From: Candidatus Parcubacteria bacterium
GTDB taxonomy: Bacteria > Patescibacteriota > Minisyncoccia > UBA6257 > JAPLYJ01
Direction of reading: 5' to 3'
DNA: 50,699 bases
NCBI GenBank assembly: GCA_026395655.1
Contig: JAPLYJ010000046.1
Location: 1 to 50,699, forward strand
In this document: one piece after another, positions 34,757 to 44,088 of the stretch
Position numbering within the stretch: the first letter of the stretch is position 1
How the letters are laid out: each line of letters begins with the position of its first letter
The notes under the pieces: model-generated
What the model saw: the letters and a program-made list of their open reading frames with translations, nothing else
Told to the model about the DNA's origin: nothing
Database searches by the model: none
Translations under genes and position numbers: made by a program

Positions 34757-35431
34757 TTATTTTTTTAAAAGATTAAGCTTTTTTAAAGTTTCTTTAAAAA
34801 TCTTATCAATACTCCCTTCCCCGCTGATTTCTATCAGATTGCCTTTTTTGCGATAATATTTAACTGCTGGTAAAACTTGTTTTTCAAAAACTTTAAAACG
34901 ATTGTTTATCGTAGATACTTTATCATCTAACCTTCTTACTAATTTACCTTGACACCTAGGACATTTTTTAATTTCAGGATTAAAATACAAAGAAACAGGC
35001 ATATTGCATTTCTGGCAGACTCGCCTTAACAACATTCTTTTTTTAGCTTCAGACAATCTTACTTTCAAATATATGACTTTGAGGTTTTTTCTACCTAACC
35101 AAAAAAGCATATCATCTAAGATTTCAGCTTCTAAAACAGTACGAGGGTTACCTTCTGTGATGATACCTTGATTTAAATTTGTATTTTTTAAAAAATCAAA
35201 CCATAGGTTTACTACCAACCAAGTAGGCACTAATTCACCTGCTTGCATGGTCTTAGAAATCTTTTGAGCAAAATATCCTTTTTCTTTGATCAATTGTCTC
35301 AAAGCGCCACCACAATCTATTTTTTTTAATTTTAAAAAAGAGGCCAATAAGGCCGCTTGAGTACCTTTACCAGAACCCGGTGGGCCTAAGTAAAAAAAAT
35401 TAACAACTTTTGTCTCTTTAATATTCTTCAT
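34757..35431 (-). CDS. adk: Adenylate kinase (zinc-lid type)
   Basis: 224 aa. P-loop GPPGSGKGTQ. Lid contains CQKC...CPRC. Confidence 0.9.
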   Translation of the reverse strand: MKNIKETKVVNFFYLGPPGSGKGTQAALLASFLKLKKIDCGGALRQLIKEKGYFAQKISKTMQAGELVPTWLVVNLWFDFLKNTNLNQGIITEGNPRTVLEAEILDDMLFWLGRKNLKVIYLKVRLSEAKKRMLLRRVCQKCNMPVSLYFNPEIKKCPRCQGKLVRRLDDKVSTINNRFKVFEKQVLPAVKYYRKKGNLIEISGEGSIDKIFKETLKKLNLLKK

Positions 35432-36689
35432 ATTCTCGCATTAATAATTGAGCTTTAATTTGGCTTAAAGTTTCCAAAGCTACAGAGACCATGATTAAGA
35501 TAGATGTACCTCCAATAGTCAAAGTAGAGATACCAGTAGCGCCTTGAATCATCATGGGAACAACAGCGATCAAGCCTAAGAAGATAGCGCCAAACAAAGT
35601 AATTCTTTGAGCAGTTTTAGCTAAATAAGTTGCTGTCATTTGACCAGGACGATATCCGGGGATGAAACCTCCATTTTTCTGTAGATTTTCAGATATCATT
35701 TTTGGTTCAAAAGTAATACTGGTATAGAAAAAAGTGAAAATAAAAACCATTAAGAAATACAATATGCCATAAATCCATTGATTGTTAAAAATACCAGCTA
35801 AAGATTGACCAAAATGCATAATAGTAGGGTTAGAAGCAGCTGAAAGCATCTGTCCTATTGTAGAAGGTAAAAGTAGGATAGACAAAGCAAAAATGATAGG
35901 GATAACACCTGCATGATTGACTTTTAAAGGTAGAAATGTGGATACACCACCATACATTTTAGTGCCTCTCACCCTTTTAGCATATGACACAGGTATTTTT
36001 CTTTGCGCTTCTGTCACGTAAACTACTCCAGCAATGATAATCAAAGAAGAAACAATAAATGCTATCAAACCTAATAATTTAGTAGGATCAAAGGTAGCAA
36101 AGGTCTGACCAAATAAACGCGGTAACTCAACCACGATACCGGCAAAGATAATTAAAGAAATACCATTACCCATTTTTTGTTCAGTAATTAAATCACCCAG
36201 CCAAGTTAAGAACATACTAGTAGCAGTAATTAAAACAATATCTTGTACCCAAGCTAAAGGTGAATTGAAACTGATAATTCCTTGAAATCGTAAAAGGTTT
36301 AAAAAACCAATACCCTGAATGATAGCCATGGGTACAGCTAAATATTTAGTAAATTGTTCAAATTTAGTTCGTCCAGATTCCCCTTCTCCGTAAAACATTT
36401 CTTTGATATTGGGAAAGACCATGGTTAAAAGCTGCATGATAATAGATGCAGTAATATATGGTGCTACACCTAACATACCAATAGATAGTTTGTCTAACGC
36501 ACCACCAGAAAAAATATTAAGCAAACCAAAAAATTGATTGCTTTCAAAAAATGCTTTTAATTTAATAGGATCTACATCAGGCAAAGGGATAACTGAAAGT
36601 AAACGGAAAACAATCAAAAGACCCACAATGATAAACACGCGGCGTCTTAAATCTTTTACCAAAAATAGTTTTCCTAATAGTTTAAACAT
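35418..36689 (-). CDS. secY: Preprotein translocase subunit SecY
   Basis: 423 aa. 10-TM pattern, GVAPYITASII, position after rplO. Confidence 0.95.
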   Translation of the reverse strand: MFKLLGKLFLVKDLRRRVFIIVGLLIVFRLLSVIPLPDVDPIKLKAFFESNQFFGLLNIFSGGALDKLSIGMLGVAPYITASIIMQLLTMVFPNIKEMFYGEGESGRTKFEQFTKYLAVPMAIIQGIGFLNLLRFQGIISFNSPLAWVQDIVLITATSMFLTWLGDLITEQKMGNGISLIIFAGIVVELPRLFGQTFATFDPTKLLGLIAFIVSSLIIIAGVVYVTEAQRKIPVSYAKRVRGTKMYGGVSTFLPLKVNHAGVIPIIFALSILLLPSTIGQMLSAASNPTIMHFGQSLAGIFNNQWIYGILYFLMVFIFTFFYTSITFEPKMISENLQKNGGFIPGYRPGQMTATYLAKTAQRITLFGAIFLGLIAVVPMMIQGATGISTLTIGGTSILIMVSVALETLSQIKAQLLMREYEEY

Positions 36690-36692
36690 TTT

Positions 36693-37136
36693 TTATTTTT
36701 TAGCTGATTCGATTGTTCCGCCTGATAGCTCTAAAAACTTTTTAGCAGAATCAGTTACTAAACATCTTGCTATATAAAACTTCTTATTAATCTGTCTGTC
36801 TCCTAAAATTTTAATAGCAGCTGTTCTATTTCCTTTCCTGTAAATTAATCCTGCTTTGACCAATACTCCTGGATTAATATGGCTACCACTAGGAAATTTG
36901 CTTTCCAATACAGACAATTTAACTATATCATATTTTTTTGCTCTTTTAGCAAAACCCAACCCTCTTTTTTTAGGAATACGCATGATTAACTCCCTAATAG
37001 CAGGTTTGATTTTAGCACCAGCTCTGGATTTCTGACCTTTTTGGCCTTTACCGCTATAAGAACCACGTTTACCACCTCGTCCTATTCTCTTGGTTTTTTT
37101 ATACTTATAGCTAGATTTTAAAGTATGTATCTGCAT
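36693..37136 (-). CDS. rplO: 50S ribosomal protein L15
   Basis: 147 aa. RIGRGGKRGSYSGKGQKGQKSR. Confidence 0.93.
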   Translation of the reverse strand: MQIHTLKSSYKYKKTKRIGRGGKRGSYSGKGQKGQKSRAGAKIKPAIRELIMRIPKKRGLGFAKRAKKYDIVKLSVLESKFPSGSHINPGVLVKAGLIYRKGNRTAAIKILGDRQINKKFYIARCLVTDSAKKFLELSGGTIESAKK

Positions 37137-37144
37137 ATGTTTAG

Positions 37145-37609
37145 TTATACTGATTTAAGATGGCTTAAAGCATTTAAAGTAGCTTGAGCGTTATTTATCT
37201 GATTAGTACTAGTGCCAACTATTTTAGCGCTAACATTGTTATAGCCTGCTAGAAATAATACTTCTCTCACAGCTCCGCCAGCTACAATACCTCTACCTTT
37301 AACTGCAGGTTTAATAATTACCTTACTAGCTTTAAATTTACCTAAAACATTATGTCTAATAGTACCATCGAAAATAGAAACTTTAACAAAATGTTTTTTA
37401 GCATCAGAAACAGCTTTATCAATAGCCTGAGAAACATCAGCACCCTTAGCCAAACCTACTGCCACTTTGCCTTTCTTGTCACCCAAAAGAACAGCAGCTC
37501 TAAAACTCATGCGTTTGCCTCCAGCAACTACACGAGTAACACGCCTGATTTCTAAGGTTTTTTGATCGTATTCTGATTTTTCAATTTTAGAGAATTTCTT
37601 TTTTTCCAT
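37145..37609 (-). CDS. rpsE: 30S ribosomal protein S5
   Basis: 154 aa. RVTRVVAGGKRMSFRA, GRGIVAGGAVR. Confidence 0.94.
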   Translation of the reverse strand: MEKKKFSKIEKSEYDQKTLEIRRVTRVVAGGKRMSFRAAVLLGDKKGKVAVGLAKGADVSQAIDKAVSDAKKHFVKVSIFDGTIRHNVLGKFKASKVIIKPAVKGRGIVAGGAVREVLFLAGYNNVSAKIVGTSTNQINNAQATLNALSHLKSV

Positions 37610-37617
37610 ATTTTTTA

Positions 37618-37971
37618 TTATATCTTGCCTGCTACCCTAAATCCTTCAGCTATATTTTTCACTCTGCCATGATATTTATACCCAGAACGATCAAAAACAG
37701 CTGTATCAATTTTAATTTTTTTAGCTTTTTCAGACAGAAGTTTGCCTACCTCTAAAGCTAAACCAACTTTTTTTGCTTTGGTTTTAATTTCTAAGTCAGA
37801 AGCAGAAACTAAAATTTTACCAGTCTCATCATCAATTAATTGAGCATAGATATGACTGTTGCTTCTAAAGACAGACAAACGAGGCTTAGATTCTGATCCT
37901 GTTATTTTAGCTCTAACCCTTTTTTGCCTTCTTGTTTTTAATATTCTTTTTTTACTGTTTAAATTAACCAT
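37618..37971 (-). CDS. rplR: 50S ribosomal protein L18
   Basis: 117 aa. RLSVFRSNSHIYAQLIDD, FDRSGYKYHGRVK. Confidence 0.93.
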   Translation of the reverse strand: MVNLNSKKRILKTRRQKRVRAKITGSESKPRLSVFRSNSHIYAQLIDDETGKILVSASDLEIKTKAKKVGLALEVGKLLSEKAKKIKIDTAVFDRSGYKYHGRVKNIAEGFRVAGKI

Positions 37972-37981
37972 ATAATTGATT

Positions 37982-38524
37982 TTATGATGAGCTAGCTACT
38001 TTTTTACCTGATTTCCTTCTAATAATTTCATCAGAATATCTTATCCCATTACCTTTATATACATTAGGTTTACGCTGAAAACGCACTAAAGCTGCAAATT
38101 GACCAACAGACTCTTTATCCAAACCAGCAACAACTACTGTGTTTTTTTCTGTTTTAACTGATAAATCTTTAGGAATATCTAATTTTACAGAATGGGAATA
38201 TCCGATATTTAAAATTAATTCTTGACCTTGAACTTCTACACGATAACCTACGCCTTCTACCTCTAACCTTTTTTCAAAACCAGAAAACACTCCTTGCATC
38301 TTATTTTTTAAATGAGCCACAGTTGTACCCCACATGGTATTGCTTTCTAAGGTAAGTTTTTTAGGAGATACCCTAAAATCTTTTTCTGAAATTTCTAGAA
38401 TAAAATCATCAGATATTACATATGACAATTCACCCTTAGGGCCTTTAATTGTAATGTTGCGACCTTCTTGAGTAAAGGTCACACCTTCTAAAAAATCAAT
38501 TGGTTTTTTACCTAATTTTGACAT
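37982..38524 (-). CDS. rplF: 50S ribosomal protein L6
   Basis: 180 aa. MSKLGKKPI, GVGYR, YKGNGIRY. Confidence 0.93.
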   Translation of the reverse strand: MSKLGKKPIDFLEGVTFTQEGRNITIKGPKGELSYVISDDFILEISEKDFRVSPKKLTLESNTMWGTTVAHLKNKMQGVFSGFEKRLEVEGVGYRVEVQGQELILNIGYSHSVKLDIPKDLSVKTEKNTVVVAGLDKESVGQFAALVRFQRKPNVYKGNGIRYSDEIIRRKSGKKVASSS

Positions 38525-38528
38525 ATAA

Positions 38529-38921
38529 TTACCAAATTTCCATTAATATTTCTCCACCGACTTTCTTTTTCTTTGCTTCTCTGTCTGTTAAAAGACCTAA
38601 AGGAGTAGACAAAATCATACGACCTAAACCACCTTGAAGAGGATGTAATTCTTTATACGGCATATACACTCTCTGACTAGGTTTAGAAATTCTTTTAATC
38701 TCACTTATTTTAGGAGATCCATCTTCTTCGTATTTTATAACTAATTCCAATGTTCTATCAATTTTGCGTCCTAATTTGTTTACGGCAATTAAAAATCCTT
38801 CTCTCACTAATATTTCTGCAATATCTAATTTCATTTTAGAATATGGCAAATTAGTGGTCTTTTGTTTAACCATTTGAGCGTTGCGTATTCGAGATAACAT
38901 ATCGGAAATAGGATCAGACAT
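38529..38921 (-). CDS. rpsH: 30S ribosomal protein S8
   Basis: Start placed at MSDPISDMLSRIRNA (ATG 38919-38921). The longer track ORF overlaps rpsZ. Confidence 0.92.
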   Translation of the reverse strand: MSDPISDMLSRIRNAQMVKQKTTNLPYSKMKLDIAEILVREGFLIAVNKLGRKIDRTLELVIKYEEDGSPKISEIKRISKPSQRVYMPYKELHPLQGGLGRMILSTPLGLLTDREAKKKKVGGEILMEIW

Positions 38922-38937
38922 ATATTTAAATATTATT

Positions 38938-39123
38938 TTACCAACTAGATTTTTTAGCTCCAGGAATTTCTCCCCTAGAAGCCATTTCTCTAAAACAAAT
39001 ACGACACAAACCAAAGTCTCTAATATACCCTCTCTTACGTCCACAACGGAAACATCTCCTCACCAGGCGAGAAGCAAATTTGATCGGTTTTTTAGATCTT
39101 GCAATAACAGATGTTTTAGCCAT
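38938..39123 (-). CDS. rpsZ: 30S ribosomal protein S14, zinc-binding type Z
   Basis: 61 aa. [20 protein letters not shown]. Confidence 0.93.
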   Translation of the reverse strand: MAKTSVIARSKKPIKFASRLVRRCFRCGRKRGYIRDFGLCRICFREMASRGEIPGAKKSSW

Positions 39124-39124
39124 A

Positions 39125-39682
39125 TTATTCTTTTTTTAAAGGAAAACCTAATAGTTTAAACAAACTAATAGCCTGTTCTCTCTTGGCGGCATTAGTAATA
39201 AAACTGATCTCTAAACCAAAAGGCTTACCTGAAACTTCTTGAGACACTTCTGGAAATATATTATGTTCTTTAATACCATAATTCAAATTACCTCTTTCAT
39301 CAAAATTTTTCAATGGTATGCCCCAAAAATCACGCATACGAGGTAAAGAAATATTAACAAAACGTTCTATAAAATCTTCTTTGCGAGTACCCCTTAAAGT
39401 GATCATTAAGCCTACTGGAGTACCTTCTCTTAATTTAAAACTAGAAATAGATTGTTTAGCATTTCTAATAGACGGTTTTTGACCAGCAATAGCAATTAAA
39501 GCACGTTGAACTCTTTCTAAATAATCTTTGCTATTTGATGGATTAGTAGTCATAACCTTACCTATTCCAGCATTGATTATTACTTTGGTAATCTGAGGTA
39601 CTGCATGAACATTTTTAAAACCCCATTCTTTTTGCATGGCAGGAATTACGTTCTTTTTAAATTTTTCAGCAAAAGTAGTCAT
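39125..39682 (-). CDS. rplE: 50S ribosomal protein L5
   Basis: 185 aa. Operon position and a conserved L5 core ([21 protein letters not shown]). Confidence 0.93.
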   Translation of the reverse strand: MTTFAEKFKKNVIPAMQKEWGFKNVHAVPQITKVIINAGIGKVMTTNPSNSKDYLERVQRALIAIAGQKPSIRNAKQSISSFKLREGTPVGLMITLRGTRKEDFIERFVNISLPRMRDFWGIPLKNFDERGNLNYGIKEHNIFPEVSQEVSGKPFGLEISFITNAAKREQAISLFKLLGFPLKKE

Positions 39683-39687
39683 ATATG

Positions 39688-39993
39688 TTAAATTTTACTA
39701 CCACATTTTTGGCAAACACGATATTTAGTATCTCCTTCTATTTTAAAAGATATTCTAGCTGGACTGTTACAATTTTTACAAAAAATCATGGCATTAGAAA
39801 CATTTAAGGAACGAGGTACATTAACTACTTCACCCTTAGAACCTTCTTTTTTAGGTTTCTGGTGTTTTTTAAATAAATTAATACCTTCTACGATTATCCT
39901 GTTCTTTTCTATAAAAACCTGCAAAACTTTGCCAGTTTTGTTTCTGTCTTTGCCTTTGATGATAATAACATTGTCTCCTTTTTTGATTTTCAT
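39688..39993 (-). CDS. rplX: 50S ribosomal protein L24 (with C-terminal Cys4 ribbon)
   Basis: 101 aa. KIKKGDNVIIIKGKDRNKTGKV (KOW). C-terminal CKNC...CQKC. Confidence 0.92.
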   Translation of the reverse strand: MKIKKGDNVIIIKGKDRNKTGKVLQVFIEKNRIIVEGINLFKKHQKPKKEGSKGEVVNVPRSLNVSNAMIFCKNCNSPARISFKIEGDTKYRVCQKCGSKI

Positions 39994-40001
39994 ATATATT
40001 A

Positions 40002-40370
40002 TTAAACAATTTCAGGAGCTAAGGTAATAATCTTATCAAAACCTTTTTCCTTGATTTCTCTAGGTATGGGCCCAAAAATACGACCACCAATGGGTTCCAT
40101 CTTGTCATTGACTAAAACCACGGCATTCTCATCAAAACTGATATATGAGCCATCTGTACGCCTGTAGGACTTAACCTGTCTGACAACAATAGCTTTAACC
40201 ACGTCTTTCTTTTTAACTGTTTTCCTAGGTTCAGCTACTTGAACAGAAGTCATGATCAAATCGCCTAATCTAGCATACCTTCTTCTGGTACCCCCGCGTA
40301 CTTGAAAACAGCGAACAACTTTAGCTCCGCTGTTATCTGCCACTTTTAAAATAGTTTGTGGTTGAATCAT
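40002..40370 (-). CDS. rplN: 50S ribosomal protein L14
   Basis: 122 aa. MIQPQTILKVADNSGAK. Confidence 0.95.
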   Translation of the reverse strand: MIQPQTILKVADNSGAKVVRCFQVRGGTRRRYARLGDLIMTSVQVAEPRKTVKKKDVVKAIVVRQVKSYRRTDGSYISFDENAVVLVNDKMEPIGGRIFGPIPREIKEKGFDKIITLAPEIV

Positions 40371-40380
40371 ATGCTTTTTA

Positions 40381-40647
40381 TTAAGATAAACCGATAATTA
40401 GCCATTTTTTTTCTTTAGACAATGGTCTCACTGCTCTGATCAATACCTTGTCTCCAGTATGATATTGGTTTTTAGGATTTTCAGCTTTAAAACGTTTAGT
40501 AGATTTATAGTATTTGTGATAGCGAGGATGTAATTTCAAGTTAGTTACTAAAATCACAGCCGTGCGAATCATCTTATCAGAAACCACCTCACCTTTCAAG
40601 ATGCGATGTTTTTTAGGTATTATTTTTTTAATAGGTAATGTAGTCAT
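40381..40647 (-). CDS. rpsQ: 30S ribosomal protein S17
   Basis: 88 aa. GEVVSDKMIRTAVILV, HPRYHKY. Confidence 0.92.
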   Translation of the reverse strand: MTTLPIKKIIPKKHRILKGEVVSDKMIRTAVILVTNLKLHPRYHKYYKSTKRFKAENPKNQYHTGDKVLIRAVRPLSKEKKWLIIGLS

Positions 40648-40650
40648 GTT

Positions 40651-40839
40651 TTAAATATTTTTTTCTTTTAAAACTGTTAAAATTCTAGCAATATCTTTTC
40701 TGGTACCATGTACCGATTTAATATTTTTCACTTTACCAGCGATTAAATCAAAACGTAAGTCACGTAATTTTTTACGACTTGTTTCTAGAATAACTGTTAA
40801 TTCTTCTCTCGTTTTTTGTTTTATTTCTTCAATATCCAT
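40651..40839 (-). CDS. rpmC: 50S ribosomal protein L29
   Basis: 62 aa. Operon position and a helical L29 pattern. Confidence 0.88.
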   Translation of the reverse strand: MDIEEIKQKTREELTVILETSRKKLRDLRFDLIAGKVKNIKSVHGTRKDIARILTVLKEKNI

Positions 40840-40844
40840 ATATC

Positions 40845-41261
40845 TTATTTTTCTGATTTAACAACTCTAACTTTAATAGGTAATTTATACGAAGCCATTT
40901 TAAAAGCCTTTTTGGCTATTTCTTCAGAAACACCATCAATCTCAAAAAGTATGCGTCCAGCTCTAACAGGAAAGACATAATGATCAACGGCACCTTTACC
41001 TCCACCTAAAGTTACCTCTGGTGGTTTTTTAGTAACTGGTTTATCAGGAAAAACTCTCATCCAAATTTTACCGCCTTTTTGCATGATACGCATGATAGCT
41101 CTTCTACAAGATTCTAATTGTCTGCTGTCTATCCAAGCAGAACCTTCAGCTTTTAAGCCATAGGTACCATAATTTAAAGACACTCCTCGAGTATCAAAAG
41201 CCCTTCCGCGATTGCGGCCTTTGTTCCATTTTCTGTGTTTTACTTTCTTAGGTATGAACAT
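40845..41261 (-). CDS. rplP: 50S ribosomal protein L16
   Basis: 138 aa. MFIPKKVKHRK, RIMQKGGKIWMRVFPDKPVT. Confidence 0.94.
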   Translation of the reverse strand: MFIPKKVKHRKWNKGRNRGRAFDTRGVSLNYGTYGLKAEGSAWIDSRQLESCRRAIMRIMQKGGKIWMRVFPDKPVTKKPPEVTLGGGKGAVDHYVFPVRAGRILFEIDGVSEEIAKKAFKMASYKLPIKVRVVKSEK

Positions 41262-41273
41262 ATTATAAAATTT

Positions 41274-41939
41274 CTAAAATTTTTCTCCTTTATAAATCCA
41301 AACTTTTATTCCCACTGAACCATACATGCAAAAAGCAGTAGCAGTACCATAATCAATATCAGAACGTAAAGTAACTAAAGGTAAACGACCTTCTTTAAGC
41401 CATTCTGCTCGAGCAATTTCTGCTCCATCTAACCTGCCTGAAACCATGACTTTAGCACCCATAGCTTCTTTGTGCTGCATGATTTTAGCTAAATGATTTT
41501 TTAAAGTTCTACGATATGGCATTCTTTTTTCAATGTCTTCTGCAATATTTAAAGCTACAACTGGGGCTGATATCTCTGGTCTGCGGATTTCTTCAATGTT
41601 AATATTTAAATTAATTAAATTCTTGTCTGCATTGATAATTTGTTTTTTGCTTTTCATTAAATAGCTAACCAATGCTTTTCTTAAATCATCCACGCCAGAA
41701 CCGCCTCTGCCAATAATTAAGCCTGGCCTAGCTGATTTTAAATTAACGGTAACACTTTTATTGGTTCTTTCAATTTCAATAGCTTCAATCTTAGCAGCTT
41801 TAAGTTTTTTTGAAAGAAAATCCCTAATTTGCATATCTTCTTGCAAATATCTTACGGTATGGCGTTTATTAAACCACCTGGAAGTCCAATTCTGGTTAAT
41901 GCCTAATCTAATTGATTTTGGATTTATTTTTTGAGCCAT
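41274..41939 (-). CDS. rpsC: 30S ribosomal protein S3
   Basis: 221 aa. MAQKINPKSIRLG, KH domain GLIIGRGG, GRLDGAEIAR. Confidence 0.94.
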   Translation of the reverse strand: MAQKINPKSIRLGINQNWTSRWFNKRHTVRYLQEDMQIRDFLSKKLKAAKIEAIEIERTNKSVTVNLKSARPGLIIGRGGSGVDDLRKALVSYLMKSKKQIINADKNLINLNINIEEIRRPEISAPVVALNIAEDIEKRMPYRRTLKNHLAKIMQHKEAMGAKVMVSGRLDGAEIARAEWLKEGRLPLVTLRSDIDYGTATAFCMYGSVGIKVWIYKGEKF

Positions 41940-41944
41940 ATATT

Positions 41945-42466
41945 TTAGATAGCTTTGCGACTAAATATTTTTTGTTTGTGACCTGTTAATTTACTAGTTT
42001 TATTCTGATTTCTATCTTGTCTATTTTTTAAAATATTAATATTTTTCGTTTTTTCATCTTTTATATCTTTGTTCTTTTCCACATTGCTTTCTGGCATCTT
42101 TGAAAAAGATGATTTAATAGTTTTTTTAGAATCTGATAATTCTCTTAAAATTAAAGTAACATGAGATGATCTTTTTAAAATAGGAGACGCTGAACCTCGA
42201 GCTCGGGGCATAGACCTTTTTAAAGATGGACCTTGATCTACTTTGATTCCTGAAACATATAAATTTTCAGGATCAAGTTTAAAATTATGTTTAGCATTAG
42301 CTATAGCTGATTTTAAAAGCTTGCTAATAGGTTTGGCTGATTTACCTGGTAAAAAATTAAGCTGAGCCAAAGCCTCTTGAGCTGTCATTTTTTTAATCAA
42401 TCCAGCAGTCAATCTGACTTTCCTAGGAGATATCCTGATATATTTTAAGATGGCTTTAATTTCCAT
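41945..42466 (-). CDS. rplV: 50S ribosomal protein L22 (with about 60-aa Lys/Asn-rich C-terminal tail)
   Basis: 173 aa. IRISPRKVRL, PRARGSASPILKRSSH. Confidence 0.92.
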   Translation of the reverse strand: MEIKAILKYIRISPRKVRLTAGLIKKMTAQEALAQLNFLPGKSAKPISKLLKSAIANAKHNFKLDPENLYVSGIKVDQGPSLKRSMPRARGSASPILKRSSHVTLILRELSDSKKTIKSSFSKMPESNVEKNKDIKDEKTKNINILKNRQDRNQNKTSKLTGHKQKIFSRKAI

Positions 42467-42475
42467 TTCTGTATA

Positions 42476-42802
42476 TTATTTTTTTGGTTTATTAACCGGA
42501 GCAGGAGCAACATTAGCTGTAGCCTTAGCTTCCAATTCCCTCTGCATACGACCTCCATGTTTGATAAATTTACGTGTGGGAGAAAATTCCCCTAAATAAT
42601 GCCCTACCATTTCTTCTCGAATTTCTACATTAATAAAATTCTTGCCATTATGCACCGCAAAAACAAAACCCACCATCTCAGGAGCAATCACTGCATCTCT
42701 AGCCCATGTTTTAATAGGATTTTTGTCACCCAATTTTAACAAACCAACTTTTTTGAGTAATTTAGGGTTTGTATTAGGTCCTTTTTTTAGAGAACGAGAC
42801 AT
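42476..42802 (-). CDS. rpsS: 30S ribosomal protein S19
   Basis: 108 aa. [25 protein letters not shown]. Confidence 0.94.
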   Translation of the reverse strand: MSRSLKKGPNTNPKLLKKVGLLKLGDKNPIKTWARDAVIAPEMVGFVFAVHNGKNFINVEIREEMVGHYLGEFSPTRKFIKHGGRMQRELEAKATANVAPAPVNKPKK

Positions 42803-42870
42803 ATGTGTTAACGATTTTTTTAATTAATATATTTTATCTTTTCCAAGCTAAATTGTCAATAAAAATGCCA

Positions 42871-43704
42871 TTATTTTCTCTTTTTCTTAACCCTTCTTTT
42901 AATGATAAGATCATTAGAATATTTTGTTTTTACCCTAGTTTTGTGTCCTCCTGTAACTTTACCCCATTTAGTTTTAGGTCTCTTAGTACCTCTTTGAGTA
43001 CGACCTTCTCCACCACCATATGGATGATCTACAGGATTCATGGCTGTACCTCTTACTGTAGGTCTAATTCCTTTTCTACGATTACGACCCGCAATACCTA
43101 TACTCACAATGCCATGTTCAACGTTTGATAAACGTCCATAAGAAGCATATCCAGTGTTGATAACCTTTCTTACTTCTGAAGAAGGCATACGCAAATGAGT
43201 GTGTTTGCCATCTTGAGCTAAAACTTCAGCGTAAGAGCCAGCGCTACGGATTAATCTGCCTTCAGTCATGGGCATGGTTTCCACGTTATGCACTGAGCTA
43301 CCTACAGGAATATTTTTTAACATGAGCCTATTGCCTATTTCTAAAGGAGCTGATTCAGCACAAACAATTTCTTTTCCTACTTTCAAATCAGAAGGAGCTA
43401 AAATATATCTCCAATCTCCATCTCTGTATGATACTAAGGCAATGAAAGATGTGCGGAAGGGATCATATTCAATAGAAACTACCTTAGCAGGAACATTCAT
43501 TTTGGCTTGACCAAATTCTATTTCCCTATAAAGCTTTTTAACACCTCCGCCTTTATGCCTGGAACTAATTTTTCCATGGCTACGACCAATACCTCTTTTC
43601 CAAGATCTTGTTAAAGGTTTAAAAGGCTCTCTTTTTGATAAAGAACTATAATCAGCTACTTGCTGCATCCTTCTAGATAATGGTGTTGGTTTATATTGTT
43701 TCAT
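42871..43704 (-). CDS. rplB: 50S ribosomal protein L2
   Basis: 277 aa. GRNRRKGIRPTVRGTAMNPVDHPYGGGEG. Confidence 0.95.
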   Translation of the reverse strand: MKQYKPTPLSRRMQQVADYSSLSKREPFKPLTRSWKRGIGRSHGKISSRHKGGGVKKLYREIEFGQAKMNVPAKVVSIEYDPFRTSFIALVSYRDGDWRYILAPSDLKVGKEIVCAESAPLEIGNRLMLKNIPVGSSVHNVETMPMTEGRLIRSAGSYAEVLAQDGKHTHLRMPSSEVRKVINTGYASYGRLSNVEHGIVSIGIAGRNRRKGIRPTVRGTAMNPVDHPYGGGEGRTQRGTKRPKTKWGKVTGGHKTRVKTKYSNDLIIKRRVKKKRK

Positions 43705-43706
43705 GT

Positions 43707-44084
43707 TTACCTGGAGCCTAAATTAATTTTTTGACCCTCTTTTAAGGTAACGATAGCTTTTGATATTTTCTGAGGTTGTCTTATAATCCTACCTCTGTAT
43801 TTAATAGCATTGCTTTTAATTTTTAAAATATTTACGTCTTTAACAGAAACGCTATATGATTTTTCGATAGCTTGCTTAACCATTGTTTTATTAACATTGC
43901 TATTGATGATAAAAACGTATTTGCCACTAGGTTCCATGAGTGTGGCTTTTTCACTGTAATGAGGATGACGCAAAACCTGCCAAGAAATATCTCCGGAAGA
44001 AGAAACAACATGAGATTTTTTAGCTTCTATTGGTTTTACAACCTCATCTGTTTTTTTAATTTTTTTTGAAAAGATAGCAGACAT
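43707..44084 (-). CDS. rplW: 50S ribosomal protein L23 (N-terminally extended)
   Basis: 125 aa. VLRHPHYSEKA, then an L23 fold. Operon position. Confidence 0.88.
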   Translation of the reverse strand: MSAIFSKKIKKTDEVVKPIEAKKSHVVSSSGDISWQVLRHPHYSEKATLMEPSGKYVFIINSNVNKTMVKQAIEKSYSVSVKDVNILKIKSNAIKYRGRIIRQPQKISKAIVTLKEGQKINLGSR

Positions 44085-44088
44085 GTAT

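Noticed and set aside
38922-39044. N-terminal extension of rpsH, and similar extensions of rpsL (50179-50265) and mraZ (12496-12528)
   Set aside because: The extensions overlap the neighbouring gene or promoter and operator sequences, and they are absent from orthologs. Internal conserved Met starts were chosen.
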